Of a stretch of 64,000 bases of DNA, positions 9,998-18,239 are shown piece after piece (positions within the stretch are counted from its first letter, which is position 1; the number at the start of each line of letters is the position of its first letter). The notes under the pieces were generated by a model. That model had not been told where the DNA came from. It did no database searches and saw only the letters and a list, made by a program, of their open reading frames with translations. Source of the stretch: Phenylobacterium sp. (GTDB lineage: Bacteria > Pseudomonadota > Alphaproteobacteria > Caulobacterales > Caulobacteraceae); the NCBI RefSeq assembly GCF_036677185.1, contig NZ_JAKFEN010000027.1:94044-158043 (forward strand), read 5' to 3'. Both the position numbers and the translations under genes were made by a program.

Positions 9998-10072
9998 TGG
10001 TAGGCCGGGTGAGGTTCGAACTCACGACCATTCGATTAAAAGTCGAATGCTCTACCACTGAGCTACCGGCCC
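9998..10072 (-). tRNA. tRNA-Lys (anticodon UUU), CCA encoded
   Basis: The minus strand reads GGGCCGGTAGCTCAGTGGTAGAGCATTCGACTTTTAATCGAATGGTCGTGAGTTCGAACCTCACCCGGCCTACCA. The cloverleaf folds cleanly: acceptor 7 bp (G1-U72 wobble), D stem GCTC/GAGC, anticodon stem TTCGA/TCGAA with loop CTTTTAA, T stem GTGAG/CTCAC with loop TTCGAAC. Confidence 0.9.
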
Positions 10073-10191
10073 TTGGCGCGGCGCGTTTAGGGCGCCGGGC
10101 GAAGCGGCGCGGACCTTAGGCGGGCGTCCGCGCCGGGGCAAGGCCGGGCGGGACCTTTCCATCCGCGGAGGGCTGGGGCTAGACTTTCGCC

Positions 10192-10779
10192 ATGCGCGCC
10201 GCGTTCCGAATCCTGCCCCTCCTCGTCCTGCTGGGCGGCTGCATGACCACGCGCGCCGACGGTTCGCCGGAGGTCCAGACGACCTCGGAGGCCAAGCGCG
10301 AAAGCATGGGCGCCGCGGTCGCGGCCCCGCTGCGAGACGTCAACCTGCTGCGGACCAAGATCCCGCCGGTGCTGCTGGAGGCCCTGGCCGATCCCTATCA
10401 GCGGCCGGTTCCGCCGACCTGCGCGCGGCTCGCAGAGCTGATCCGCCCCCTGAACGCCGCCATGGGGGACGACCTGGACGAGCCCGATATCGACAACCAG
10501 AGCGTCCAGGTCCGCGGCAAGGACGCCGCCCTGGGCGCGGTGGCGAGCGTCGCCTCCGACATCATCCCGTTCCGTGGCTGGGTGCGGAAACTCACCGGGG
10601 CCGAACGGCACGACACCCTGGTGGCCGCGGCGATCACCGCCGGCGGCGTGCGGCGGGCCTATCTGAAGGGCCTGGGCGAGGCGCGTGGCTGCCCGCCGCC
10701 GGCGACGCCTTCGCACATCCTGACCGGGACCACCGAGGTCCGCACCCAGGAGCTGAAGCCCCGCTATCCGATCCGCTGA
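10192..10779 (+). CDS. Hypothetical lipoprotein
   Basis: 195-aa ORF with a lipobox signal peptide ([17 protein letters not shown]). Codon usage fits the native bias. The overlapping antisense ORF 10087..10962 is rejected. I recognise no family. Confidence 0.55.
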   Translation: MRAAFRILPLLVLLGGCMTTRADGSPEVQTTSEAKRESMGAAVAAPLRDVNLLRTKIPPVLLEALADPYQRPVPPTCARLAELIRPLNAAMGDDLDEPDIDNQSVQVRGKDAALGAVASVASDIIPFRGWVRKLTGAERHDTLVAAAITAGGVRRAYLKGLGEARGCPPPATPSHILTGTTEVRTQELKPRYPIR

Positions 10780-11879
10780 CGGGCCTTGAACTCGCGGCGG
10801 AAGGCCTCGAACCGGCCTTCGGCGATAGCGCTGCGCATGGCGGCGGTCAGGGCCTGGAAGTGGGCGATGTTGTGCCAGGAGAGCAGCACCTGACCCAGGA
10901 TCTCCTGCGACTTCACCAGGTGGTGCAGATAGGCCTTGGAATAGTGGCTGGAGGCCGGGCAATCGCTGGTCTCATCCAGGGGGCTGTCGTCCTCCGCGAA
11001 CCGGGCGTTCTTCAGGTTGACCGAGCCCTCCCAGGTCCAGGCCTGGCCGTGGCGCCCCGAGCGGGTGGGCAGGACGCAGTCGAACATGTCGATCCCGCGC
11101 GCCACGGCCTCAACCAGGTCGATGGGCTTGCCGACCCCCATCAGGTAGCGCGGCCGGTCGGCGGGCAGCATGGCCGGCGCATAGTCCAGCACCTCGCACA
11201 TGGCCTCGTGCCCCTCGCCCACCGCCAGGCCGCCCAGGGCGTAGCCATCGTAGCCGGTCTCGACGAGGCGGTCGGCCGACTCCTTGCGCAGGTGCTCGAA
11301 GGTCGAGCCCTGCTGGATGCCGAACAGGGCCTGGCCCTCACGCTCACCGAAGGCCACCTTGGACCGCGCCCCCCAGCGGGCCGAGAGGCGCATCGCGTCG
11401 GCGGCGCGCGTCTCCTCGGCCGGCCAGGCGACGCACTCGTCCAGCTGCATGACGATGTCGGAACCCAGCAGGTCGGCCTGAATCTCGATGGAGCGTTCGG
11501 GGGTGAGGACGTGGCGCGAGCCGTCGATATGGCTCTGGAAGGCCACCGACTCCTCGGTGACCTTGGCGATCTTGGAGAGGCTCATCACCTGGAAGCCGCC
11601 GGAATCCGTCAGGATCGGCCGCTCCCAGCGCATGAAGCGATGCAGCCCGCCCAGCCGCGCCACCCGCTCGGCGGTTGGCCGCAGCATCAGGTGATAGGTG
11701 TTGCCCAGGATGATGTCGGCGCCGGTTTGGGCGACCTGGTCGACGGTCATGGCCTTGACCGTGGCCGCCGTGCCCACCGGCATGAAGGCCGGGGTGCGGA
11801 TGTCGCCGCGCGGGGTCTTTAGGGTCCCGGTCCGGGCCGCGCCTTCGGTGGCGGCGATCTCGAAGGGAAAGGCGGCCAT
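10764..11879 (-). CDS. tgt: tRNA-guanine transglycosylase (queuine tRNA-ribosyltransferase)
   Basis: 371 aa: ..[58 protein letters not shown].. plus the Zn motif C..C..C..H region ([16 protein letters not shown]). It lies downstream of queA with a 1-nt overlap. Confidence 0.95.
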   Translation of the reverse strand: MAAFPFEIAATEGAARTGTLKTPRGDIRTPAFMPVGTAATVKAMTVDQVAQTGADIILGNTYHLMLRPTAERVARLGGLHRFMRWERPILTDSGGFQVMSLSKIAKVTEESVAFQSHIDGSRHVLTPERSIEIQADLLGSDIVMQLDECVAWPAEETRAADAMRLSARWGARSKVAFGEREGQALFGIQQGSTFEHLRKESADRLVETGYDGYALGGLAVGEGHEAMCEVLDYAPAMLPADRPRYLMGVGKPIDLVEAVARGIDMFDCVLPTRSGRHGQAWTWEGSVNLKNARFAEDDSPLDETSDCPASSHYSKAYLHHLVKSQEILGQVLLSWHNIAHFQALTAAMRSAIAEGRFEAFRREFKARQRIG

Positions 11880-12955
11880 CAGGCGGCGCTCCAGAGCAGG
11901 CTCGCATCGCCATAGGAGTAGAAACGATAGCCGTCCGCGATGGCGTGGGCGTAGGCGCGTTTCATGGCCTCCTGGCCGGCGAAGGCGCTGACCAGCATGA
12001 ACAGGGTCGACTTGGGCAGGTGGAAGTTGGTCATCAGCCCGTCGACGGCTCGGAACCGGTAGCCCGGCGTGATGAAGATGGCGGTCTCCGCGGCGAAGGG
12101 CCGAACCATCCCGTCCTCCCCCGTGGCGCTCTCGATCAGCCGCAGGGAGGTGGTGCCGACGCAGACGATGCGGCCGCCCGCGGCCTTGGCGGCGTTGAGC
12201 GCGTCGGCGGTGCCGGCGTCGACCTCGCCATATTCGGCATGCATCCGGTGGTCGGCCAGGTTCTCGGTCTTCACCGGCAGGAAGGTGCCCGCCCCCACGT
12301 GCAGGGTCACGAACCGCAGGCCCACGCCCATCTCGGCCAGCCGCGCCATCAGCTCCGGCGTGAAATGCAGGCCGGCCGTGGGGGCGGCGACCGACCCTTC
12401 CTCGTCGGCGTAGACGGTCTGGTAGTCGGCGCGGTCGCGGTCGTCCTCGCCCCGCTTGGCGGCGATATAGGGCGGCAGCGGCATAGACCCGCGCTCGGCG
12501 ATGACGGCGTCCAGGTCGGGGCCCATGAGGTCGAAGCTGAGCGTCACCTCGCCGCCCTCGCCTTTCTCCGTGAGGGTGGCGTCCAGGGCTCCGAGATAGC
12601 AGGCGCGATCATGCATGGCGCCGAAATGCACCCGGTCGCCGGGCGAAAGTCGTTTGCCGGGCCGCATGAAGGCCGTCCAGCGCGACGGCGACAACCGCCG
12701 GTGCAGGGTGGCCTCCACGGCGATATCCGAACCCTCGCGGGTGCGCCGACCCTTGAGGCGCGCGGGGATCACCTTGGTGTCGTTGAACACCAGGACATCG
12801 CCTGCGCGCAGCTCGCCCGGCAGGTCGCTGACCTTGAGGTCCTGCATCGGCGCGCCGGGCGCCACCAGCAGCAGACGAGCGGAATCGCGCGGGTTCGCCG
12901 GCCGCAGGGCGATGCGGTCCTCGGGCAGGTCGAAATCGAAATCAGCAAGCTGCAT
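11879..12955 (-). CDS. queA: S-adenosylmethionine:tRNA ribosyltransferase-isomerase
   Basis: 358 aa: [84 protein letters not shown]. Confidence 0.95.
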   Translation of the reverse strand: MQLADFDFDLPEDRIALRPANPRDSARLLLVAPGAPMQDLKVSDLPGELRAGDVLVFNDTKVIPARLKGRRTREGSDIAVEATLHRRLSPSRWTAFMRPGKRLSPGDRVHFGAMHDRACYLGALDATLTEKGEGGEVTLSFDLMGPDLDAVIAERGSMPLPPYIAAKRGEDDRDRADYQTVYADEEGSVAAPTAGLHFTPELMARLAEMGVGLRFVTLHVGAGTFLPVKTENLADHRMHAEYGEVDAGTADALNAAKAAGGRIVCVGTTSLRLIESATGEDGMVRPFAAETAIFITPGYRFRAVDGLMTNFHLPKSTLFMLVSAFAGQEAMKRAYAHAIADGYRFYSYGDASLLWSAA

Positions 12956-13018
12956 GGGCCGGCCTCAAGGCCATGGGCCGGCTCACGCGTCAAGCGCGGC
13001 TCTATGCTAGGTGGGCGC

Positions 13019-13978
13019 ATGGGCTTCCTTCGAATCGTCGCGACCGGCCTCGGCGCCCTTTGCGCCCTGGCCGCGGTCCTGGCCCAGGGCGGGCGCTGGA
13101 GCGGCGTACTGGACGCCCTCACCCACCTGGCCCCGCTCTATCTGGCCGGCGGCGTCCTGGTGCTGGGCGTCGCCCTCTTCACGCCGCAACGGCTGGGCGG
13201 AACGCGGCTGGCGGTCCTGGGCGGGATCGCCGCCATCGCCTCGTTGGTCCTCGTGGTCCCGGAACTTGCGGCGGCGGTTCCGGCCAGAGCGCCGTCCGAC
13301 GCGCCCAGGCAGCTAAAGCTCATCCAGTTCAACGCCGAGCGAGATCCGGCCCGCTACGCAAGCCAGGTCCGGTGGCTGGTTGAGCAGGACCCCGACGTCC
13401 TGGTGCTGGAGGGCTCCGGCCCCCAGCTTCGCGCGGCGATCCTGCGGCGCATGCCTCGCCACCTGACCTGCTCGCCGACCTGCGACGTCGCCATCTACAG
13501 CCGCGCCCGCCCGGCCTCGGTCGGGCGTTTCGGTGGCGGCAGCTACGGCCTGGGCCCTGAGATGGCGGTGGTGGGATTCTCGCCCGGCGACGGCGGCCAC
13601 GCCATCGTGGGCCTGCATTATGCGCGCCCGGGCGGCGTGGCCAAGAAATCCAAGACGGCCAAGGCCGTCGTCCAGTCCGAAAACAGCCGCCGGATGCTGA
13701 AGGTCGTCGCCCCCCTAGCCAAGCCCCGCTTGATCGTCGCCGGGGACTTCAACTCCGCCCCCTGGTCATTCGTGCGCCGCCGCGAGGACGCGGCCCTGGG
13801 GATCGAGCGTCGCACACGGGCGCTGTTCTCATGGCCGGCCCAGGGCCCGACCCCACCGTTCCTGCCCATCGACCATGTCTATGCCGGCCCCGACTGGAGG
13901 ACGGTGAGCGTCCAGCGCGGCCCACGCATCGGGTCGGACCACTATCCGGTGGTGGCGGTCCTGGCCCGAGTCCCGTAG
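13019..13978 (+). CDS. Membrane-anchored endonuclease/exonuclease/phosphatase (EEP) family protein, copy 1
   Basis: Only the 3' third of ORF 11945..13978 is real; the upstream part is antisense to queA. In-frame ATGs lie at 13004 and 13019 (MGFLRIVATGLGALCALAAVLAQGGRW..). The protein has N-terminal TM helices and then an EEP core (LKLIQFNAE..DVLVLEG..IVAGDFNSAPWS..LPIDHVY..GSDHYPV). Confidence 0.7.
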   Translation: MGFLRIVATGLGALCALAAVLAQGGRWSGVLDALTHLAPLYLAGGVLVLGVALFTPQRLGGTRLAVLGGIAAIASLVLVVPELAAAVPARAPSDAPRQLKLIQFNAERDPARYASQVRWLVEQDPDVLVLEGSGPQLRAAILRRMPRHLTCSPTCDVAIYSRARPASVGRFGGGSYGLGPEMAVVGFSPGDGGHAIVGLHYARPGGVAKKSKTAKAVVQSENSRRMLKVVAPLAKPRLIVAGDFNSAPWSFVRRREDAALGIERRTRALFSWPAQGPTPPFLPIDHVYAGPDWRTVSVQRGPRIGSDHYPVVAVLARVP

Positions 13979-13982
13979 CGCC

Positions 13983-14939
13983 ATGGAGTTCCTCCGCGCC
14001 TTCTTCAACGCCCAGATGCTTGTCGTCGGGCTGGTCTGCGCCAGCGCGGCCCTGGCGGCCCAGGGCGGTCGCTGGAGTCCGCAGCTCGACGTCCTCAGCC
14101 ACTTCGCCCCGTTCTGGTTGGTCGGCGCCCTGGCGGCGGGCCTCTACGGCCTGACGCTTGGCGAACCCGGCTCGCGGCGCGGCCTGGTCGCCCTGGGCGT
14201 CGCCGGCGTGGCGCTGGCCGCCCTGCTGATCGCCCCGGAATATCTGCGCCCGGCCACGCCCAAGGCGGCGGCTGACGCGCCCGACCAGATCAAGCTGATC
14301 CAGTTCAACGCCTGGCGCGGCAACCGCGACATAGGTCCGGCCCTCGACTGGCTGGCCGCCCAGGACGCCGACATCATCGTGCTGGAGGAAGGCGAACGCC
14401 TGCGCGGACCCCTGGCGCGCCGCACCGGCTACCACCTGACCGAGGGCTCCGAGAGTCTGGCCATCCTCAGCAAGGCCAAGCCGATCGCGGAGGGGGTGCG
14501 GCTGCCGCCGGGACGCTGGGCGCAGCCTCCGTTGGCGCGCGCCACCTTCGCCGGGCCCCACGGCGCCTTCACGCTGATCGGCGCCCACTATGTCTGGCCG
14601 GTCTATGGCGGGTTCCAGCTCGCCCAGGGTCGGATCGTCGGCGAGCTGTTGGAGCAATTCCCAAAGGAGCGCGTGATCCTGGCCGGCGATTTCAACTCCA
14701 CGCCCTGGTCATTCGCCCGCCGCGGGGAGGATCGCCGTTTCGGCCTGGAGCGGCGTACCCGGGGCCTGTTCACCTGGCCCGCCACGGCGCCCATTCCGTT
14801 GCTGCCCATCGACCAAGTCTATGCCGGTTCAGGGTGGCGCACGGTGAGCATCGCCCGCGGGCCACGCCTGGGCTCAGACCACTATCCGGTGGTGGTGATC
14901 CTGGCCCCGATCCGTTCGCCGAACAGATCGGGGACTTGA
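13983..14939 (+). CDS. Membrane-anchored EEP family protein, copy 2 (tandem paralogue)
   Basis: 318 aa with the same architecture and motifs as copy 1 (AAQGGRWS..IKLIQFNAW..DIIVLEE..ILAGDFNSTPWS..LPIDQVY..GSDHYPV). It starts 5 nt after the stop of copy 1. Confidence 0.7.
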   Translation: MEFLRAFFNAQMLVVGLVCASAALAAQGGRWSPQLDVLSHFAPFWLVGALAAGLYGLTLGEPGSRRGLVALGVAGVALAALLIAPEYLRPATPKAAADAPDQIKLIQFNAWRGNRDIGPALDWLAAQDADIIVLEEGERLRGPLARRTGYHLTEGSESLAILSKAKPIAEGVRLPPGRWAQPPLARATFAGPHGAFTLIGAHYVWPVYGGFQLAQGRIVGELLEQFPKERVILAGDFNSTPWSFARRGEDRRFGLERRTRGLFTWPATAPIPLLPIDQVYAGSGWRTVSIARGPRLGSDHYPVVVILAPIRSPNRSGT

Positions 14940-14963
14940 CCGACGGAAACGCGAAGCGTTGCG

Positions 14964-15425
14964 TCAGGCGTCGGCGGCGACCTTCATCGAAACGATCTTG
15001 CCGGGGCTGCGCGGCGGCTCGCCCTTGGGCAGGCCGTCGACCAGGTCCATGCCCTCGGTCACCTCGCCCCAGACGGTGTACTGGCCGTCCAGGAAGGTGG
15101 CGTCGTCGAAGCAGATGAAGAACTGGCTGTTGGCGGAGTTCGGCTGGTTGGTCCGCGCCATCGAGCAGACGCCGCGCACGTGCGGTTCGCGGGAGAACTC
15201 GGCCTGCAGGTTCGGCTTGTCCGAGCCGGAGGTCCCGGTCCCGGTCGGATCGCCACCCTGGGCCATGAAGCCCGGGATCACCCGGTGGAAAACCACGCCG
15301 TCATAGAAGCCCTCGCGGGCCAGTTCCTTGATGCGGGCCACGTGGCCGGGCGCCAGGTCGGGACGAAGCTTGATCGTCACCGGACCGCTTTCCAGCGCCA
15401 TGATTATCGTGTTTTCCGGGTCCAT
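14964..15425 (-). CDS. ppiB: Cytoplasmic cyclophilin-type peptidyl-prolyl cis-trans isomerase
   Basis: The ORF-track entry is over-extended. The ATG at 15425 gives MDPENTIIMALESGPVTIKLRPDLAPGHVARIKELAREGFYDGVVFHRVIPGFMAQGGDPTGTG..ANSQFFICF..LDGQYTVWGEV.., a canonical cyclophilin. The start overlaps the upstream PPIase stop (TGATG). Confidence 0.9.
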   Translation of the reverse strand: MDPENTIIMALESGPVTIKLRPDLAPGHVARIKELAREGFYDGVVFHRVIPGFMAQGGDPTGTGTSGSDKPNLQAEFSREPHVRGVCSMARTNQPNSANSQFFICFDDATFLDGQYTVWGEVTEGMDLVDGLPKGEPPRSPGKIVSMKVAADA

Positions 15426-16297
15426 CACTTCACCTCCGAGGGAATTCTGATCGCGCACGCCGTGAAATCGGCTCCCTTTGCGGCGCGGACGCTCTCGATC
15501 TCGGCCTTGAACCAGGCGCTGTTGGGATCGATCACACGCACCGAGGGGCGCTCGGCGGCCGGGATATCGGCCAGGACGCGCACCTTGTCCATGGTGTCTT
15601 GCGGTTGGGCCACCGGTTCGCCCACCTTGATGGCGCGAACGGCCTCGAGGCCGGCGATCACCCGACCAAAGGCCGTGTACCGCTTTTCCAGCGACGGATA
15701 GGCCTGGCGCATCAGGAAGAACTGGCTGTTGGCGCTGTCGGTCTCTTCGCCGCGCGCCATGCCGGCCACGCCCGGGCAATAGAGCGCCCAGGCCGAGATC
15801 TTGCCGTCGGCCGTCATCGCCATGAGCATCGCGCTCTGGCTCATGATCGGCAGGGATTTCAGGAATCCGACCTGGCTGACCGTCTGGTCGGCGGCGAGCA
15901 CGAACGGCGTCTCGGGTCCGCGCCGGAACAGGAATTCCTGGGCGATGTCGGGCTTGTCCGAGCCTCCCGAGCCGGTGTCCAGCGGGTCGCCGGTCTGGGC
16001 CATGAAGGCGTCGATCACCCGGAAGAACTTGCGCCCGTCATAGAGCCCCGCGCGGGTCAGCTCGCGGATGCGGACCACATGGTTGGGCGCGACCTCGGGG
16101 ATCAGCTCGACGAAGACACGGCCCTTGTTGGTATCGATGACCAGCACGTCCTCGGGATTGGGCGTGCGCCAGTCCGAGGCCTTGGGATCGCCGGGAGCGG
16201 CTGGGGCGGCGGGGACCGGGGCGCCCTTGGCGGGCGCGGCGGCGGCGGGCGCGGCCATCGCAAGGACGGCGGCGGCGAGAAGAGCGGTTCGGATCAT
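15425..16297 (-). CDS. Periplasmic cyclophilin-type PPIase with an internal insertion and a C-terminal extension
   Basis: The ATG at 16297 gives a signal peptide, MIRTALLAAAVLAMAAPAAAAPA. Cyclophilin motifs follow (FFRVIDAFMAQTGDP..GSGGS..ANSQFFLM..YTAFGRVI), interrupted by an approximately 45-aa insert. Confidence 0.85.
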   Translation of the reverse strand: MIRTALLAAAVLAMAAPAAAAPAKGAPVPAAPAAPGDPKASDWRTPNPEDVLVIDTNKGRVFVELIPEVAPNHVVRIRELTRAGLYDGRKFFRVIDAFMAQTGDPLDTGSGGSDKPDIAQEFLFRRGPETPFVLAADQTVSQVGFLKSLPIMSQSAMLMAMTADGKISAWALYCPGVAGMARGEETDSANSQFFLMRQAYPSLEKRYTAFGRVIAGLEAVRAIKVGEPVAQPQDTMDKVRVLADIPAAERPSVRVIDPNSAWFKAEIESVRAAKGADFTACAIRIPSEVK

Positions 16298-16345
16298 GAT
16301 TTCACTCGTAATGGGCGGCGGCCTCGACCGCCAGCCCGACAACAC

Positions 16346-16840
16346 TCAGCCGGCCGCGACCTTGGCCATGAGCGCGTCCTTGACCCGCGGGCTGGTGAAG
16401 CGCGTGACGTCGCCGCCAAGCTGGGCGATCTCCTTGACCAGCTTGGACGAGATCGCCTGGTGGCGGGGATCGGCCATCAGGAACACGGTCTCGATCTCAC
16501 GCTCGAGTTGCTGGTTCATGGCGGTCATCTGGAATTCGTATTCGAAATCGGCCACGGCGCGCAGGCCGCGCACGATGACCGCGGCGCCGATCTCGCGAGC
16601 GAAGTGGATCAGCAAGCCCTCGAAGGGCTGGACGATGATCTCGGCGCGGTCGCCGAGGTGCTCGGTCTCGCTGCGAAGGATCGCGACGCGCTCCTCTAGG
16701 GTGAACAGCGGGCCCTTACCGGCGTTGATCGCCACGCCGATGACCAGCTTGTCCACCAGCTTCACGGCCCGCCCGATGATGTCGGTGTGGCCATTGTGGA
16801 TCGGGTCGAAGGTCCCCGGATAAAGCCCCACACGCGTCAT
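16346..16840 (-). CDS. coaD: Phosphopantetheine adenylyltransferase
   Basis: 164 aa: VGLYPGTFDPIHNGHTDII.RA..LVDKLVIGVA.N..K.PLF.LEER..IVRGLRAV.DFEYE.QM..MN. Confidence 0.95.
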   Translation of the reverse strand: MTRVGLYPGTFDPIHNGHTDIIGRAVKLVDKLVIGVAINAGKGPLFTLEERVAILRSETEHLGDRAEIIVQPFEGLLIHFAREIGAAVIVRGLRAVADFEYEFQMTAMNQQLEREIETVFLMADPRHQAISSKLVKEIAQLGGDVTRFTSPRVKDALMAKVAAG

Positions 16841-17355
16841 TCGACGTCCCCCCTTTTTTGCGGTGCAGCAGGGATTTCACCGGCGGGAGGAATGAAAGCA
16901 AGCCATAACTTGGAGGAGGGGCGTCTAGGACAGGACGAGACAGGCCGCCTGATGCGGCGGCGGGGTGTCCGCCGCAGATTCTAAGCGTGACCTCAGGTTG
17001 TCGGTGCGAACCCGACCGCCGATGGCGACTTGCGACCCTTGGTAGGCCAATTGCAGCGAAGCCTGCGCTACTGCATCTCGACTGGATGAAGACCCCCGCC
17101 CCCTTCGTGGCGAGCCTTATGTTCGCTGGCGCTGCGGCGGCCCATTGCAGCGGTCAGGGACCAACACGCCAGGCGGCGCGCGCCATAGATAGTCCTTGGC
17201 GAGCGCGTTCTCCGTCCGGTCTCCAATGTGGCGTGTAAGCACGGCTTCGTGTTACGCTTGGACTTCGATCTTTAGAGTGGCGGCCTGTAGCAGACGCTGG
17301 CTCAACTGGCGGACATCCTGCGCAAACCGCACCCCTAGAAGGCGGGAGGTAAGCG

Positions 17356-18222
17356 ATGGCGAGCCGCGAGCATGTTGTAAATCCGTTTGAGTATCTGCTG
17401 AAGGGGCTGAGCCGGCCCTTTACCGAGGCGCATTGGCGCAGCGATCCCGCCGCCCGCGCGGCCGCCCGGGTGGCGCCGCAGGTCCGCCGCATCGAGGCGG
17501 CCGACCTTTGGGACTCGTTGCGTAGAGGGTTCGACGACTTCGCCGCCGCGCGCGACGACGTGATCTTCATCGTCATCCTCTATCCGCTGGCTGGGCTGCT
17601 GCTGGCGGTCGCGGCCGCCCGCTATGACCTGCTGCCGATGATCTTCCCGCTGCTCTCGGGCTTCGCATTGATCGGACCGGTCGCGGCGGTCGGCCTCTAC
17701 GAGGTCAGCCGCCGCCGCGAGCGCGGCGACACGGTGAGCTGGCTGGATGCGGTCGGCGTGTTCCGCTCACCTGCCATCGGGTCGATCATGGGGATGGGCC
17801 TGGTCCTGGTCACCCTCTTCGTCCTGTGGCTGCTCACGGCCTACGAGATCAGCCTGCTGGCGTTCGCCGACGGTGCGCCCGCGACGGTGGAGGGCTTCCT
17901 CAAGGAGGTGTTCGCCACCAGCGCGGGATTGTGGATGGCCGCCGTGGGGATCGGCGTGGGCTTCCTCTACGCGGCGGTGGCGCTCGCCATCAGCGCGGTT
18001 TCCTTTCCGCTGCTCCTCGACAAGCACGTGGATATGGACGTGGCGATCAGGACCTCGCTGAAGGTCGTGGCCCGCAACCCGGTGACGATGGCGCTGTGGG
18101 GCCTGGTCGTCGCCGCCGCCCTGGCGATCGGCTCGCTCCCGGCGCTGATGGGGCTCATCGTGGTCCTGCCGGTGCTGGGCCACGCCACCTGGCATCTCTA
18201 CCGCAAGGCCGTGGAGCCCTGA
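17356..18222 (+). CDS. DUF2189-type integral membrane protein (COG5473 type)
   Basis: 288 aa with a GGGAGG RBS 6 nt upstream of the ATG. The segment ..IEAADLWDSLRRGFDDFAAARDDVIFIVILYPLAGLLL.. is followed by multiple TM helices. The family call is from memory of this N-terminal pattern. Confidence 0.7.
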   Translation: MASREHVVNPFEYLLKGLSRPFTEAHWRSDPAARAAARVAPQVRRIEAADLWDSLRRGFDDFAAARDDVIFIVILYPLAGLLLAVAAARYDLLPMIFPLLSGFALIGPVAAVGLYEVSRRRERGDTVSWLDAVGVFRSPAIGSIMGMGLVLVTLFVLWLLTAYEISLLAFADGAPATVEGFLKEVFATSAGLWMAAVGIGVGFLYAAVALAISAVSFPLLLDKHVDMDVAIRTSLKVVARNPVTMALWGLVVAAALAIGSLPALMGLIVVLPVLGHATWHLYRKAVEP

Positions 18223-18239
18223 ACCTAAGCGGCCGCGCC

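Noticed and set aside
11945-13003. N-terminal 350 codons of the 677-aa ORF 11945..13978.
   Set aside because: This part is antisense to queA. Only the portion from the ATGs at 13004/13019 onward has EEP-family features, so the gene was trimmed.
16987-17238. 83-aa ORF in the long coaD-DUF2189 spacer.
   Set aside because: It has no RBS, atypical codon usage and no recognisable features. The region is reported only as an unexplained spacer.
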